Positions 31,662 through 42,075 of a DNA stretch of 64,000 nt are shown here, piece by piece; position 1 is the first letter of the stretch; the number at the start of each line of letters is the position of its first letter. The position numbers and the translations under genes are program-made. The notes under the pieces are model-generated. The model was given only the letters and a program-made list of their open reading frames with translations, made no database searches and had not been told where the DNA came from. The DNA lies in contig CAWAWS010000018.1 of NCBI GenBank assembly GCA_963785725.1, positions 32,001-96,000 of the forward strand, read 5' to 3'. Origin of the DNA: an uncultured delta proteobacterium. Lineage in GTDB: Bacteria; Myxococcota_A; Polyangia; Palsa-1104.

Positions 31662-33515
31662 ATGCCCGGTCGTCCGCTCGGCACCACTCAGATGATCCTG
31701 CACGCCGCCGCCCGCGTCCTCGGCTGTGGCTCGGTGCAGCTGACGGTGCTCGATGACGAGCGCAACCAGCTCATCTTCACCACCAGCATTCAGAACCGCG
31801 AGCTCGAGCGGCTGGCGGCGGTGGAGTCGCTGCTCGGCTTTCGGCTCGAAGGCGCGGTCATGCCGATGGACAACGACTCGTCGCTGCTCGTGCGCGCGCT
31901 GCGACACGAGCGGCTCATCGTCACCAACGACGTCGCCGATTTGGCCGGCGGGCTCGTGTCCGACAGCGCGCTCGATCAAATTCGCACGACGATCGGGCCG
32001 CGCACCTTTGCCGCCGTGCCGTTCGCGGCGCGCTCGGGCATTTTGGGCGTGCTGCTCTTCGAAAAGCCCGGCCGCTCCGGCTTCTCCGCCGAAGATCGCG
32101 ATCTGCTCGTCGCTTATGCCGATCGCGTCGGCGTCGACCTCGAGTCACAGGCGCTGTCCGACGAAGTGCGGCGGCTGGAAGCGCTGCCGGCGCTCGGTGG
32201 CGCACCCGACGTCTACATCTGCGATCGCTCGCTCACCGTCGTCAAAGGCGCGCATGCGGGGCAAAAGCTGTGGCAGGCGCTCGACGTGGCCGAGGCGCCG
32301 GTGCGCGCGCTCGGCGACGAGCTGGGCGAGCCGGCGACGATCGCGCTGCGCTCGGAGACCGGTCGCTCCTTGCGCATCAAGCTCGTGCGCGGCTCGGACA
32401 CGCTGTGGGTGGCGACGGCGGAAGACTTGGAGGAGCTCGAGCGGCTCAAGCGTGAAGCGGCGCGCGCGCGCGAGCATTTGGCCAAGGTCCTGCGCTCGGT
32501 GGCGGACGCGATCCTGACGCTCGACACCGAAGGCCGCGTCGCGTCCGGTAACGCCGCGGTGGAGCGCGCGTTCGGCTACGTGCCGGCGGCGCTGATCGGC
32601 CGGCCGGTCGAGGAATTGTGCGCCGACGAGCGCGCGCGGCGCCGCGCGCTCGAGCTGCGCCAAGAGGTCATTCGCTCGGGTTTTGCCGAGCGCGAGCTGC
32701 GTTTGCGCACGCGCGAAGGCCTGTTCCTCGTCGCCGAAGTCTCGGCGCTCTTGCTCGCCGACGACGAAGAGCGGCCGGCGGGCATGATCTGGCGCGTCCA
32801 CGACCTGACCGAGCGCCGCCGCGGTGACGCCGAGCGCAAGCGGCTGCAAGCGCGCCTGTTGCACACCGAGCGGCTGTCGGCGCTGGGCGAGATGGCGGCG
32901 CGCATCGCCCACGAAGTGCGCAATCCGCTGGTGTCGATCGGCGCCGCGGCGCAAGTCGTCGCCGAGGAGCTGAGCGTCGACAGCCCGGTCTTGGGCGAGG
33001 TGCAGGCGATCGCGCGCGAGGTCAAGCGACTCGACAACATCGTCACCGACTTTCTCAACTTCGCGCGCCCGCGGCGAGCCGAGCTGCGCACGGTCGATTT
33101 GGCCGCGGTCGTCGACGAGACGGTGGCCTTGGCGCGCGCCAAAGCGAAGGACGTCGAGCTGCGGGTCAACGAGATCGAGCGGCCGCTCAAAGTGCGCTGC
33201 GATCCCGACGCCATCAAGCAGGTGCTGCTCAACGTGCTGCTCAACGCCGTCGAAGCGGCGCCCAAGTCGATGATCGACTGCGACGCGCAGACGCTGGGGC
33301 GGCACGTGGTTCTGTCGGTGGCCGATCGCGGGCCGGGCATCGCCGAGCAGGTGCGCCGGCGCGTCTTCGATCCATTCTTCTCCACGAAGACGCGCGGCAC
33401 CGGGCTGGGCTTGGCCGTGTCCAAGCAGATCGTCGACGAGCATCACGGCCGTATTCGGCTGTTCAACCGACGCGGCGGCGGCACCCGCGTTGTCATCGAG
33501 CTGCCGCTAGGGTAA
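31662..33515 (+). CDS. Cytoplasmic GAF-PAS sensor histidine kinase
   Basis: GAF-like N-terminus, PAS ([13 protein letters not shown]), H-box [32 protein letters not shown]; no TM. Confidence 0.92.
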   Translation: MPGRPLGTTQMILHAAARVLGCGSVQLTVLDDERNQLIFTTSIQNRELERLAAVESLLGFRLEGAVMPMDNDSSLLVRALRHERLIVTNDVADLAGGLVSDSALDQIRTTIGPRTFAAVPFAARSGILGVLLFEKPGRSGFSAEDRDLLVAYADRVGVDLESQALSDEVRRLEALPALGGAPDVYICDRSLTVVKGAHAGQKLWQALDVAEAPVRALGDELGEPATIALRSETGRSLRIKLVRGSDTLWVATAEDLEELERLKREAARAREHLAKVLRSVADAILTLDTEGRVASGNAAVERAFGYVPAALIGRPVEELCADERARRRALELRQEVIRSGFAERELRLRTREGLFLVAEVSALLLADDEERPAGMIWRVHDLTERRRGDAERKRLQARLLHTERLSALGEMAARIAHEVRNPLVSIGAAAQVVAEELSVDSPVLGEVQAIAREVKRLDNIVTDFLNFARPRRAELRTVDLAAVVDETVALARAKAKDVELRVNEIERPLKVRCDPDAIKQVLLNVLLNAVEAAPKSMIDCDAQTLGRHVVLSVADRGPGIAEQVRRRVFDPFFSTKTRGTGLGLAVSKQIVDEHHGRIRLFNRRGGGTRVVIELPLG

Positions 33516-33537
33516 TGAACCCCGTGAAGAGGCCTGT

Positions 33538-34939
33538 TTGGAATTTCGCACGCTCATAGTCGACGACGAAGAGACCTACGCGGCGTCGTTGAAGCGGCTG
33601 CTCGGCCGGCGTGGCGTGCGCGCCGACGTGGCCTCGACGTTCGCCGAGGGCCTCGCGCTGACCAAGAAGCAGCGCTACGACTTGGTGATCCTCGATCACA
33701 TGCTGCCCGACGGCAACGGGCTCGACCTGATCCCGCCCATCCGCGCGCTCAGGCCGCCGCCGACGGTGCTGATGATGACGGCGTTCGGCACCATCGAGAA
33801 CGCCGTCGAGGCCATGCGGCGCGGCGCCGCCGACTACGTGACGAAGTCGACGGAGCTGCCGGCGATCGTCGAGCGCGTCGTCGAGGCCGAGCGCGTCATG
33901 CGCGCGCGCTTCACGGCCGCGCCGGCGCCCGAGCCCGACCTCGATCCGCTGCAGTTCTCCGGGCTGCTCGGCGAATCGGCTTCGATCAAAGAGGCGCGTC
34001 GTCGCATCGCCGAGGTCGCGCGCTCGACCGATACGACCGTGCATTTGACCGGCGAGTCGGGCACCGGCAAAGGCGTGGCCGCGCGCGCCATTCATTCGCT
34101 GTCGCCGCGCGCCAAGGATCCGTTCGTGGCCATCGACTGCGTGGCGCTGCCGGCGACGCTGGCCGAGTCGGAGCTGTTCGGTCACGAGAAGGGCGCGTTC
34201 ACCGGCGCCGTCGACAAGAAGCCGGGCAAGCTGGAGATCGCCGCGCGCGGCACGGTGCTGCTCGACGAAGTGGGCGACATGGAGCCGGCGCTGCAAGGCA
34301 AGCTCCTGCGCGTGCTCGAAGAGCGGACGTTCGAGCGCGTCGGCGGCGTCAAGCCGATCGAGATGGGCGCGCGCGTGATCTCGGCCAGCCATCGCGACTT
34401 GGGCGCGCTCGTCGAGGACGGCCGCTTTCGTCTCGACCTCTATCATCGCCTGTCGGTGTTTCCGATCGCGATCGCGCCGTTGCGTGCGCGCGGCGAAGAC
34501 GTCCTCTTGCTCGCCGATTACTTCGTCACCGAGTTCGCGACGCGCATGCAGAAGACGATCGTGCCCGTGGCCCAAGGCAGCGACGAGACGCGCGCGCTCA
34601 TGCTCGCCTACGATTGGCCCGGCAACGTGCGCGAGCTCAAGAACGTCATCGAGCGCGCGGTGATCCTGGCGGCGGCGGAGATTACGCCCGAGCTGATGCC
34701 CGAGCGCATGCGCGCGGCGCCGCGCGTCGTCGGGCCGGTGCAGCTCGGCATGCCCGAGTCGTCGTCGGGAGGCCTCACAGCTCGAGTTCCGCCCCGGCAC
34801 CGACACGCTCGATGATCTGGAGCGGCGCCTGTTGGAAGAGGCGCTGCGCATGGCCGGCGGCAAGAAGGCGAAGGCGGCCGAAATCCTGGGCATCAGCCGC
34901 TTTGCGCTGCTTCGTCGCGTCGATAAATTCGGACTTTAG
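33538..34939 (+). CDS. sigma54-dependent response regulator (REC-AAA+-Fis HTH), apparent +1 frameshift near 34778
   Basis: REC (VDDE, LDHMLPD), GESGTGK, ESELFGHEKGAFTGA, WPGNVRELKN; HTH LDDLERRLLEEALRMAGGKKAKAAEILGISR in shifted frame to TAG 34939. Confidence 0.9.
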
Positions 34940-34960
34940 AATGGGAGTAATGCGAACCTC

Positions 34961-35848
34961 ATGAGCTTCGATCTCGACACCTATTTGAGCGAGCGCAAAG
35001 CGCGCGTGGAAACGGCCTTGAAGCAGCATTTGGATCGCTGCGAAGGCGCGCCGGCGACGTTGCGCGAGGCGATGGCCTATTCGCTGCTCGCGGGCGGCAA
35101 GCGGCTGCGTCCGATTCTGGCGCTGGCGGCCTGCGAAGCGGTCGGCGGCGCCGTCGACGAGGCGCTCGATGCCGGCTGCGCCGTCGAGTTCGTGCACACC
35201 TATTCGCTCATTCACGACGACCTGCCGGCGATGGACGACGACGACTTCCGCCGCGGTCGTCCGACGGCGCACAAGAAGTTCGGCGAAGCGATCGCCATCC
35301 TGAGCGGCGACGCGCTGGCCGCCGAAGCCTTTCGCGTGGCCGCCGAGCATCGTCGCGGGCGTGAAGATCGCGTGGCCGACGTCGTGTTCGAGCTGGCGCG
35401 CGCGGCCGGCGCCGTCGGCATGGTCGGCGGTCAGGTCATCGACATCGAGGCCACGGGCAAGAAGATCACCGTCGACGAATTGGAGACGCTGCATCGCGCC
35501 AAGACGGGCGAGCTCTTGCTCGTCTCGGTGCGGGCCGGTGCGCGCATGGGCGGCGCCGATGCCGAGGCGATGGAGCGGCTGACCGCGTATGGTCGCGCGC
35601 TCGGCCTGGCGTTTCAGATCGTCGACGACGTCCTCGACATCACCGCCGATTTGCAGACGCTGGGCAAAGATCCCGGCTCCGATCGCGAAGCGGGCAAGAC
35701 GACGTTCGTCGATCTGCTCGGTATCGATGGTGCGAAGGCGCGCGCTCGCTCGGTCATGGACGACGGTGTGGCGGCGCTGGCTCCGTTCGGCGCCCGCGCC
35801 GAAGCCTTACGCGCGCTGGCGAAATACACGGTCGATCGCGATCGCTGA
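34961..35848 (+). CDS. ispA: Polyprenyl (farnesyl) diphosphate synthase
   Basis: GGKRLRP, HTYSLIHDDLPAMDDDDFRRG, GGQVID, KTG, FQIVDDVLD, GK..GSD. Confidence 0.93.
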   Translation: MSFDLDTYLSERKARVETALKQHLDRCEGAPATLREAMAYSLLAGGKRLRPILALAACEAVGGAVDEALDAGCAVEFVHTYSLIHDDLPAMDDDDFRRGRPTAHKKFGEAIAILSGDALAAEAFRVAAEHRRGREDRVADVVFELARAAGAVGMVGGQVIDIEATGKKITVDELETLHRAKTGELLLVSVRAGARMGGADAEAMERLTAYGRALGLAFQIVDDVLDITADLQTLGKDPGSDREAGKTTFVDLLGIDGAKARARSVMDDGVAALAPFGARAEALRALAKYTVDRDR

Positions 35849-35856
35849 GTCGGGCC

Positions 35857-37029
35857 TCAGGTCGTGGCGCGCGCGCTCGCCGCGGTCGTCGAGAAGGCCA
35901 CTCCCAAGAAACCGAGCAGCACCAGCGGCATGACGTAGTCGTTGGCGAAGCGCCCACTCACGGCGGCGACGAGCGCGAACGCCGCCAGATGTCCGCCCGC
36001 CATATACCAGAAGGGATGTCCCGCCGGTCGGTTACGCAGCCGCCAGGCGGGCACGAAGAGCGCGATCGCCACCAGCAGCGTGCGCACCCACGTCCCCACG
36101 CGCGCCGGGAGCCTGCCGATCGTCGCCGACAACCAGACGTAGAGGAAGTTGTCCGGCGGCCAAGCCTGCGCCGCTTTGGCGGCGGCGATCGCGAACGGCC
36201 CGTCGACGAACAGCTGCTGCCGCAAGACGATGAAGAACAGCACGAACAGCGTCGCCAGCGTGGCCAAGCCGCCGGCAGCCAGGCGCGCCAGCTCGCGCCA
36301 CGTCGCGCGGCGCTCGCAGACGAGCCAGGCCAAGAGGCCGAGCCCGACGTAGGCGTAGCTGAGCCGGATGGCGACCGCGTACGCGGCGAGCGCGCCGGCA
36401 GTCACGAACCAACGCCGCGTCGTCGCGTACCAGGCGAGCGCCATGAACGGCACGCCGTAAGCGAGCTCCTCGTGCGACCAATATTGGCCGGCCGACAGGT
36501 TGAGCTCGCCGATGAGATAGAGCAGCACCAGCGTCGGAAAAGCACCGTTGTGTTGCCGCAGGTCGCCGGCGAGGAAGAGCGCCGCCATCGTCAACCAAAA
36601 CAGGAAGGTCAGACCGTCGATCTGACCGCTCGCGGCCACCCAAGGCAGCGCCAAGACGACGGTGCCCGGCCCGCTCGTGATCTGGTTGCCCAACGACGTC
36701 CGCAAGAGCCAAGGATTTTGCCGGTGCAAAAAGCGCGTCGTCGCTTGCTCGGCCGCTTCGTCGCGGTCCGACTGGCGATCGTGCGGGCCGCGCGCCGCTT
36801 CGGATCGATCGCTCGTCACCAGCACGAAGGCGAACGCCAGCGCGAGATAGACCGTCCAGCGCGGCGCCGAAGCGATGGCCGCGATCGCGGCGGCGACGAG
36901 CGCGCCCAGCGCCCACGAGGCGTGCGGCGTGTGCCACAAGAGCGCCTCGAAGATCGTGTAGATGAGCGCGAAGATCGCCAGCGGCGGCAAGCTGCGTCGC
37001 TCTTGCAGATAGCTCCAGGCCGAGGACAT
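35857..37029 (-). CDS. Polytopic membrane protein, possibly GT-C glycosyltransferase
   Basis: About 10 TMs; SDRDEA in first loop followed by NPW...PG...LPW. Confidence 0.55.
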   Translation of the reverse strand: MSSAWSYLQERRSLPPLAIFALIYTIFEALLWHTPHASWALGALVAAAIAAIASAPRWTVYLALAFAFVLVTSDRSEAARGPHDRQSDRDEAAEQATTRFLHRQNPWLLRTSLGNQITSGPGTVVLALPWVAASGQIDGLTFLFWLTMAALFLAGDLRQHNGAFPTLVLLYLIGELNLSAGQYWSHEELAYGVPFMALAWYATTRRWFVTAGALAAYAVAIRLSYAYVGLGLLAWLVCERRATWRELARLAAGGLATLATLFVLFFIVLRQQLFVDGPFAIAAAKAAQAWPPDNFLYVWLSATIGRLPARVGTWVRTLLVAIALFVPAWRLRNRPAGHPFWYMAGGHLAAFALVAAVSGRFANDYVMPLVLLGFLGVAFSTTAASARATT

Positions 37030-37040
37030 GGGCGGCCGAT

Positions 37041-37910
37041 TCAGTAGCGGTAGTAGATGATCAGCGTCGAGGCGATCGCCCAGGTCACCAAGTTCAAGAT
37101 GAACGCGGGATCCTTGAGCATCTCTTCCGTCGGCGAGTCGCTGCGCGGGGAGTTCACGAGCTGGAAGAAGCGGTAGAGGCCGAGCGCGCAGAACGGCGCC
37201 GTCCACAGCATGCGCGTCGTGCCGAAGAAGCGGATGGTGTGCTCGGCGCGCGTGTACAAGATGTACGCGCCGAGCGTGCTGACGCCGGTCACGAACAGGG
37301 CGACGCGCAGCGCGCCCGGGCGATACGAGCGCAACACCGAGCGCTGCTCGTGCGCGCGCTCGCCGGCCGATGCCAGCTCGTGGGCGCGCTTGCCGAAGCC
37401 GAGGTAGCAGGCGAGCAGCGCCGTGCAGATGAACAGGTAGGGCGAGGCTTCGACGTCGATGGCGGCCGCGCCGGCGGCGACGCGCAAGAGGAAGCCGGCC
37501 GAGATCGAGAAGACGTCGACGTAGGGAATGCGCTTCAACCACAGCGAATAAGCGACGTTGTTGAGCCCATAGGCGAACGCGCAGGCGGCGAAGCGCCAGT
37601 CGAGCAGGAGGCCGAGCACGAGCGCGCCGGCGCCGAGCGTGGCCGCGGCGATGCGCGCGTCGCGGACCGACAAGCGGCCGGACGCGATGGGCCGCTTGCA
37701 CTTACGCGGATGCGCGCGGTCCTTCTCGACGTCGATGATGTCGTTCCACAGATAGACGGCGCTCGAGAGGCAGATGAAGAGCCCGACGGCGGCGAGCCCG
37801 TGCAGCACCGTGTGATAGTCGGTGAGCCGCTTGGCGAACACCAACGGCGCGGCCACGAACAGATTCTTGACCCACTGCCGCGGCCGGCAGCATTCGATCA
37901 GCGCCTTCAT
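37041..37910 (-). CDS. Decaprenyl-phosphate phosphoribosyltransferase-like UbiA prenyltransferase
   Basis: RPRQWVKNLFV, SSAVYLWNDIIDVEKDRAHPRKCKRPIASG, GFLLRVAAG, GKRAHEL, SPTEEMLKD. Confidence 0.9.
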   Translation of the reverse strand: MKALIECCRPRQWVKNLFVAAPLVFAKRLTDYHTVLHGLAAVGLFICLSSAVYLWNDIIDVEKDRAHPRKCKRPIASGRLSVRDARIAAATLGAGALVLGLLLDWRFAACAFAYGLNNVAYSLWLKRIPYVDVFSISAGFLLRVAAGAAAIDVEASPYLFICTALLACYLGFGKRAHELASAGERAHEQRSVLRSYRPGALRVALFVTGVSTLGAYILYTRAEHTIRFFGTTRMLWTAPFCALGLYRFFQLVNSPRSDSPTEEMLKDPAFILNLVTWAIASTLIIYYRY

Positions 37911-37926
37911 CTACGGACGCAGTATG

Positions 37927-39264
37927 TCACGGCATCGGCGCCGCAGCGGCGGGAACGTTGGGGTGTTTTGTTTCCGGCACCCACACGAGCTTGGGAATAT
38001 AGGTGACCAGGCCGAGCGCCAGCGCCATCAGCAGAATGAACGGGATGACGGCGCGATACAGCTCGGTAATCGGGCGGTTGAAGCGGAACGCCGCGATGAA
38101 GAGGTTGAGCCCGGCCGGCGGCAAGAGATAGCCGATCTCGAGGTTCAACAAGAAGATGATGCCGAGATGATAGGGATTGATGTGGAACTGTGCAGCCGCG
38201 GGAACGATCAGCGGCACGACGACGACGATGGCGCTGAAGATGTCCATCAAGCAGCCGACGAGCAGCAATAAGACGTTCAAGACCAGCAAGAAAGCCCACT
38301 GCGTGTGGACGAACTGCGCCATCCAATGGAACAGCCGATCGGGGATCTCGGCCTGGATGAAGTAGCTGGTCAGGATCGTCGCGGCCACGATCTTCATGAA
38401 GATGGCGCCGACCAAGGTCATCGACTCGCGCGTCACGGCGAACAGATCGCGACGCACGTTGATGTCCTTGTAGATGAACACTTCGATGACGAAGACGTAG
38501 AGCGCCGTCAGCGCCGCCACTTCCGGGATGACCGCGAGGCCGAAGAAGAGCAGGGCGATGATGACGAATGGGATCGGGACTTCCCACTTCGCTTCCCAAA
38601 GCGCCTTCCAGAAGCCGGGCATATCGAGCGGCGTCGTCGGGACTTTGGCGCGCCAGCCTTCCCAGATGCAGTAGATCGACAGGATGACGAGGAGCAGCGT
38701 GCCGGGCACGATGCCGGCCAAGAAGAAGCGGGCGATCTCGAACTGCTCGCCCATGCCGGACATGCCGGCGTTCAAGCCGAAGACAATGCCGTAGACGATG
38801 AGCGGCAGCGCCGGCGGAAAGAGCAGGCCGACCGCGCCCGAGCCGGTGACGACCTCGATCGAGAAGCGGCGCGAGTAGTTCGAGCGCTCGAGCTCGGGCA
38901 AGAGCAGTCCGCCGAGCGCGACGATGGTGACGCCGCTGGCGCCGGTGAAGACGGTGAAGAACGCGCAGGTCCAGACGGTCATGACGGCGAGGCCGCCCGG
39001 AATCCAGCCGAGCACCGCCTTCGACATGCGCACGAGGCGCTCGGCGGTCTTGGCGCGCGCCATCAAGTAACCGGCGAAGGTGAAGAGCGGGATGGTCGAC
39101 AGCGAGACCGCTTTGCCGCCGGTGAGCGAGTAGACGTCGGTGATGCCGCCCGAGAACGGCGTGTCGACCGAGTGCAAGCCGGCCAAGCCGATGCCGGCGA
39201 GCACGCAGAACAGCGGCATGCCCAACACCGCCAGCGAGAGAATTCCCGACAACCAGAGGGTCAT
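37927..39264 (-). CDS. TRAP transporter large permease (DctM/TatM)
   Basis: IPLFTFAGYLM, FTGASGVTIVALGG, GLLFPPALPLIVYG, GCLMDIFSA, PPAGLNLF. Confidence 0.93.
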   Translation of the reverse strand: MTLWLSGILSLAVLGMPLFCVLAGIGLAGLHSVDTPFSGGITDVYSLTGGKAVSLSTIPLFTFAGYLMARAKTAERLVRMSKAVLGWIPGGLAVMTVWTCAFFTVFTGASGVTIVALGGLLLPELERSNYSRRFSIEVVTGSGAVGLLFPPALPLIVYGIVFGLNAGMSGMGEQFEIARFFLAGIVPGTLLLVILSIYCIWEGWRAKVPTTPLDMPGFWKALWEAKWEVPIPFVIIALLFFGLAVIPEVAALTALYVFVIEVFIYKDINVRRDLFAVTRESMTLVGAIFMKIVAATILTSYFIQAEIPDRLFHWMAQFVHTQWAFLLVLNVLLLLVGCLMDIFSAIVVVVPLIVPAAAQFHINPYHLGIIFLLNLEIGYLLPPAGLNLFIAAFRFNRPITELYRAVIPFILLMALALGLVTYIPKLVWVPETKHPNVPAAAAPMP

Positions 39265-39274
39265 GGGCGCACCT

Positions 39275-40066
39275 TCACGTCGACTCTCCCTCGCTGGCGT
39301 GTGCTGCCGGGTCATGCGCGGCGATGACGGCCGAGTCTTCGGCCGGCATCTCCGCGCCGTGCGACGCTTCGGCGATCCATTCGGCCGGGATCTCTTGCCG
39401 CGACACGAGCCAGCTTATGTCGAGGAGGGTCTGGACGAAGAAGTGAAAGGCGATGGTGCCGTAGCCGAAGATGAGGATGAAGGCGCCGCGCGACGGCGTG
39501 AACAGCTCGTCCGCTTGCGACGCTTCGCCCAGCTCCTCGAGCGTGATCTTGCGGAAATCGAGCGACGCGCGGAACAGCAAGTAGACGATGAAGATGGCGA
39601 ACAGCGTCGTGAAGATGCGCAGGATCATGCGCGCGCGCGCCTTGACGACGCGGGTCACGGCGTCGATGCGAATGTGGCGGCCGGTATAGGTCGCGTAGGC
39701 GCCGCCCAAGAAGCCGAGCATGAAGACCGAGTGCCGAATGACGCCGTCGGTCCAGGCCGGCACGTGGAAGAACGGGATGTGCCGCTGCACCAGGTTGCGC
39801 TCGACGAACTGCCACGTCGCCAACAAGATGACGGCGAGCATGCAGGCGCCGATGCCGATGCCTTCGATGACCGCCAGGCCCCGCGAGACGGCGGCGATGG
39901 CGCGGATCGGCGCCGGCCAGCTCGGCGGCACGTGATGATGCGGCTTGAGCTTTACGCTCGGCGTGTCGACGCGCACCGAGACCATCGCTCCGCGTACGGG
40001 CGAGCCGGAGCGATGGTGGACGCCGTTGGGCGGCGACTTCTTGCCGTCGGAAGCGTCCGGCGCCAC
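39275..40066 (-). CDS. TRAP transporter small permease (DctQ)
   Basis: Four TMs, WTDGVIRH..GFLGGAYAT..GRHIRID; start uncertain. Confidence 0.87.
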   Translation of the reverse strand: MAPDASDGKKSPPNGVHHRSGSPVRGAMVSVRVDTPSVKLKPHHHVPPSWPAPIRAIAAVSRGLAVIEGIGIGACMLAVILLATWQFVERNLVQRHIPFFHVPAWTDGVIRHSVFMLGFLGGAYATYTGRHIRIDAVTRVVKARARMILRIFTTLFAIFIVYLLFRASLDFRKITLEELGEASQADELFTPSRGAFILIFGYGTIAFHFFVQTLLDISWLVSRQEIPAEWIAEASHGAEMPAEDSAVIAAHDPAAHASEGEST

Positions 40067-40068
40067 TG

Positions 40069-41076
40069 CTACTTCTTACCCGCGCGGTAATCGGCCACGA
40101 GCTTCTCGATCTTCATGCGCCAGTCGTGGCTGTAGACGCTGGGCTCGAGCTTGGTGCGCACGGCCACGGCCTCGGTCGTGAACTGCTTGACCATCTCGGG
40201 CGGCGACTCGACGACCTGCAGGCCGGCGTTCTTCATCTGCGTCAACGCCTTCTCGTTCTCGGCGCGCAGCGTCTTCAGGAGCTTGCCTTCGAAGTCGCGC
40301 GAGTCGGCCAAGAGCGTCTTCTGCACGTCCGGCGGCAGGCTGTCGAACACCTTCTTGGTGATGACCGCCGCGCCGATGGCCTGCGTGATGTGCAGCGCCG
40401 TCATGTACTTCACGCGCGTGTACCACTGCAGCGCGAAGGTCGACAAGGGCGAGCCGTAACAGGCGTTGATGAGGCCGGTCTGCAGCGACGGCAACACGTC
40501 GGGCACGCCGAGCGGCACGCCGTTGACGCCGAGCTGCGCGAACAGCGCCTTGACGAGCGCATCGTCGACCCACGCCCACATCTTGGTCTGCGCCAGGTCC
40601 GACTTGTTCTTCAGCGGAATGTTCGAAAAAATGTGCACCGGACCGACGTCGCCCCACGACAAGAGGACATAGCCCTTGTCGATGAACTTCTGGCGCAGCT
40701 CGGCGTCGAGCTTGGTGCGCACGAAGTCGAGCTCGTCGTAGGTGTTGATGAGCATCGGCAGCTCGAGGACGCGCACTTCGGAGTTGATGAGCCCGAGGCC
40801 GATGGCCGTGACCGCGGCGCCGTTGAGCTGCCCGAGGCGCATCTTGCGCACGGCGTCGCGCTCGTCGCCGGCAGCGCCGCCGGCGAAGAACTTGATCTTG
40901 ACCTTGCCGCCGGTGTGCTCCTCGACGTTCTTGGCCCACTCGTGAAATTGGACCATCCACGAGGAGCCTTCCGGCGCCAGCGTGGCGATCTTCAACGTCA
41001 CCGGCGTCTGCGCGCGCGCGGCGCCGCCAAACGAACAAACGGACAGGGCCAGCGCGAACGCAACAAGCTGCTTCAT
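40069..41076 (-). CDS. TRAP substrate-binding protein (DctP/TatP)
   Basis: Signal peptide; LKIATLAPEGSSW, GDERDAVRKMRLGQL, DVLPSLQTGLI. Confidence 0.93.
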   Translation of the reverse strand: MKQLVAFALALSVCSFGGAARAQTPVTLKIATLAPEGSSWMVQFHEWAKNVEEHTGGKVKIKFFAGGAAGDERDAVRKMRLGQLNGAAVTAIGLGLINSEVRVLELPMLINTYDELDFVRTKLDAELRQKFIDKGYVLLSWGDVGPVHIFSNIPLKNKSDLAQTKMWAWVDDALVKALFAQLGVNGVPLGVPDVLPSLQTGLINACYGSPLSTFALQWYTRVKYMTALHITQAIGAAVITKKVFDSLPPDVQKTLLADSRDFEGKLLKTLRAENEKALTQMKNAGLQVVESPPEMVKQFTTEAVAVRTKLEPSVYSHDWRMKIEKLVADYRAGKK

Positions 41077-41090
41077 GTAGAAAATCTCCC

Positions 41091-42008
41091 TTAGAAGTAG
41101 TCTTCGACGTGGTCGAGGTAGCGCTTGGCGCGCTTTTTCGCGAGCGAATTGGCCAGCCGCTGCTGCGGGTAAATGTCCGCCGGCTCGGCCAGCACTTCCT
41201 TGAGCTTCTTCTCGAACAGCGGGCGATCTTGCGTGATGACGCCGAAGAAGCGCGCATACATCACGCGCGCCATCAGGTATTTCCCGCCCGTGGCATCGAT
41301 CGCTTCCTGAAAGAACTTCTGGCCGAGATCGGGATCGCCGCCGATCGCCTTGCCCTGCGAACAGTAGACGATGCCGAGCGTCATGGCCGCGCCGGCGTTG
41401 TAGAACTTGGGATCGAGCTCGTGCGAGCGCTTGATGAGCGCGATCGCCTTGGGCAGATCGACGACGCGCGCCAGATCGTCACGGTTCAGGTTGATCGCCG
41501 AGGCCAACGCCAGGCCGGCGAACAGCAGCGCCGGCGCGTCTTTTTTGTCGAGCCGCTTGGCCGCCGCCTCCGACGAGGCGACGTCCTTGCGGAACTGCTC
41601 GGGGAACTTCTTGTCGTCGAGCGCGATGAGCCTGAGCGCGTACTCGAGCGCGCGGTCGTACATGTTGGTCGCGCGCCAGGTGAGCTGCTTGCGCTCCTCG
41701 GCGTGCTTCAGATCGTCGGGCGTCGACTCGAGATCGTCCTCGAGGAAGCCGAACGGATATTCGATGTAGCCCTGCGCCAGCACGTGCAAGAGGTCGCGAT
41801 TGGTCGGCGCCGACTGGATGAAGCCTTCGACCGTCTTCAACTGACCGGGCGCGGCGTCGCGGGCGAGCTGCACGTCGTTCTCGGCAGCGAACGAGTCGGA
41901 TGCGACCTTCAGCACCGGCGCGGTCGTCGACACCGTGAACGCTTTCAGATCACAGCCGGCGAGCCCGAAAAAGATCGCCAGCGTTCCAAGCACACGGAGT
42001 CTCACCAT
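41091..42008 (-). CDS. TRAP transporter TatT component (TPR-like lipoprotein)
   Basis: Lipobox LAGC; ENDVQLARDAAP, GGDPDLGQKFFQEAI, QDRPLF, LANSLAKKRAK; first gene of TRAP operon. Confidence 0.88.
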   Translation of the reverse strand: MVRLRVLGTLAIFFGLAGCDLKAFTVSTTAPVLKVASDSFAAENDVQLARDAAPGQLKTVEGFIQSAPTNRDLLHVLAQGYIEYPFGFLEDDLESTPDDLKHAEERKQLTWRATNMYDRALEYALRLIALDDKKFPEQFRKDVASSEAAAKRLDKKDAPALLFAGLALASAINLNRDDLARVVDLPKAIALIKRSHELDPKFYNAGAAMTLGIVYCSQGKAIGGDPDLGQKFFQEAIDATGGKYLMARVMYARFFGVITQDRPLFEKKLKEVLAEPADIYPQQRLANSLAKKRAKRYLDHVEDYF

Positions 42009-42075
42009 GGCCGATGACCGTATCGGAGGCAGCGACGGTGGTCAAGCCGCGTTACGGTGCTATCCTCAGCCGTCC

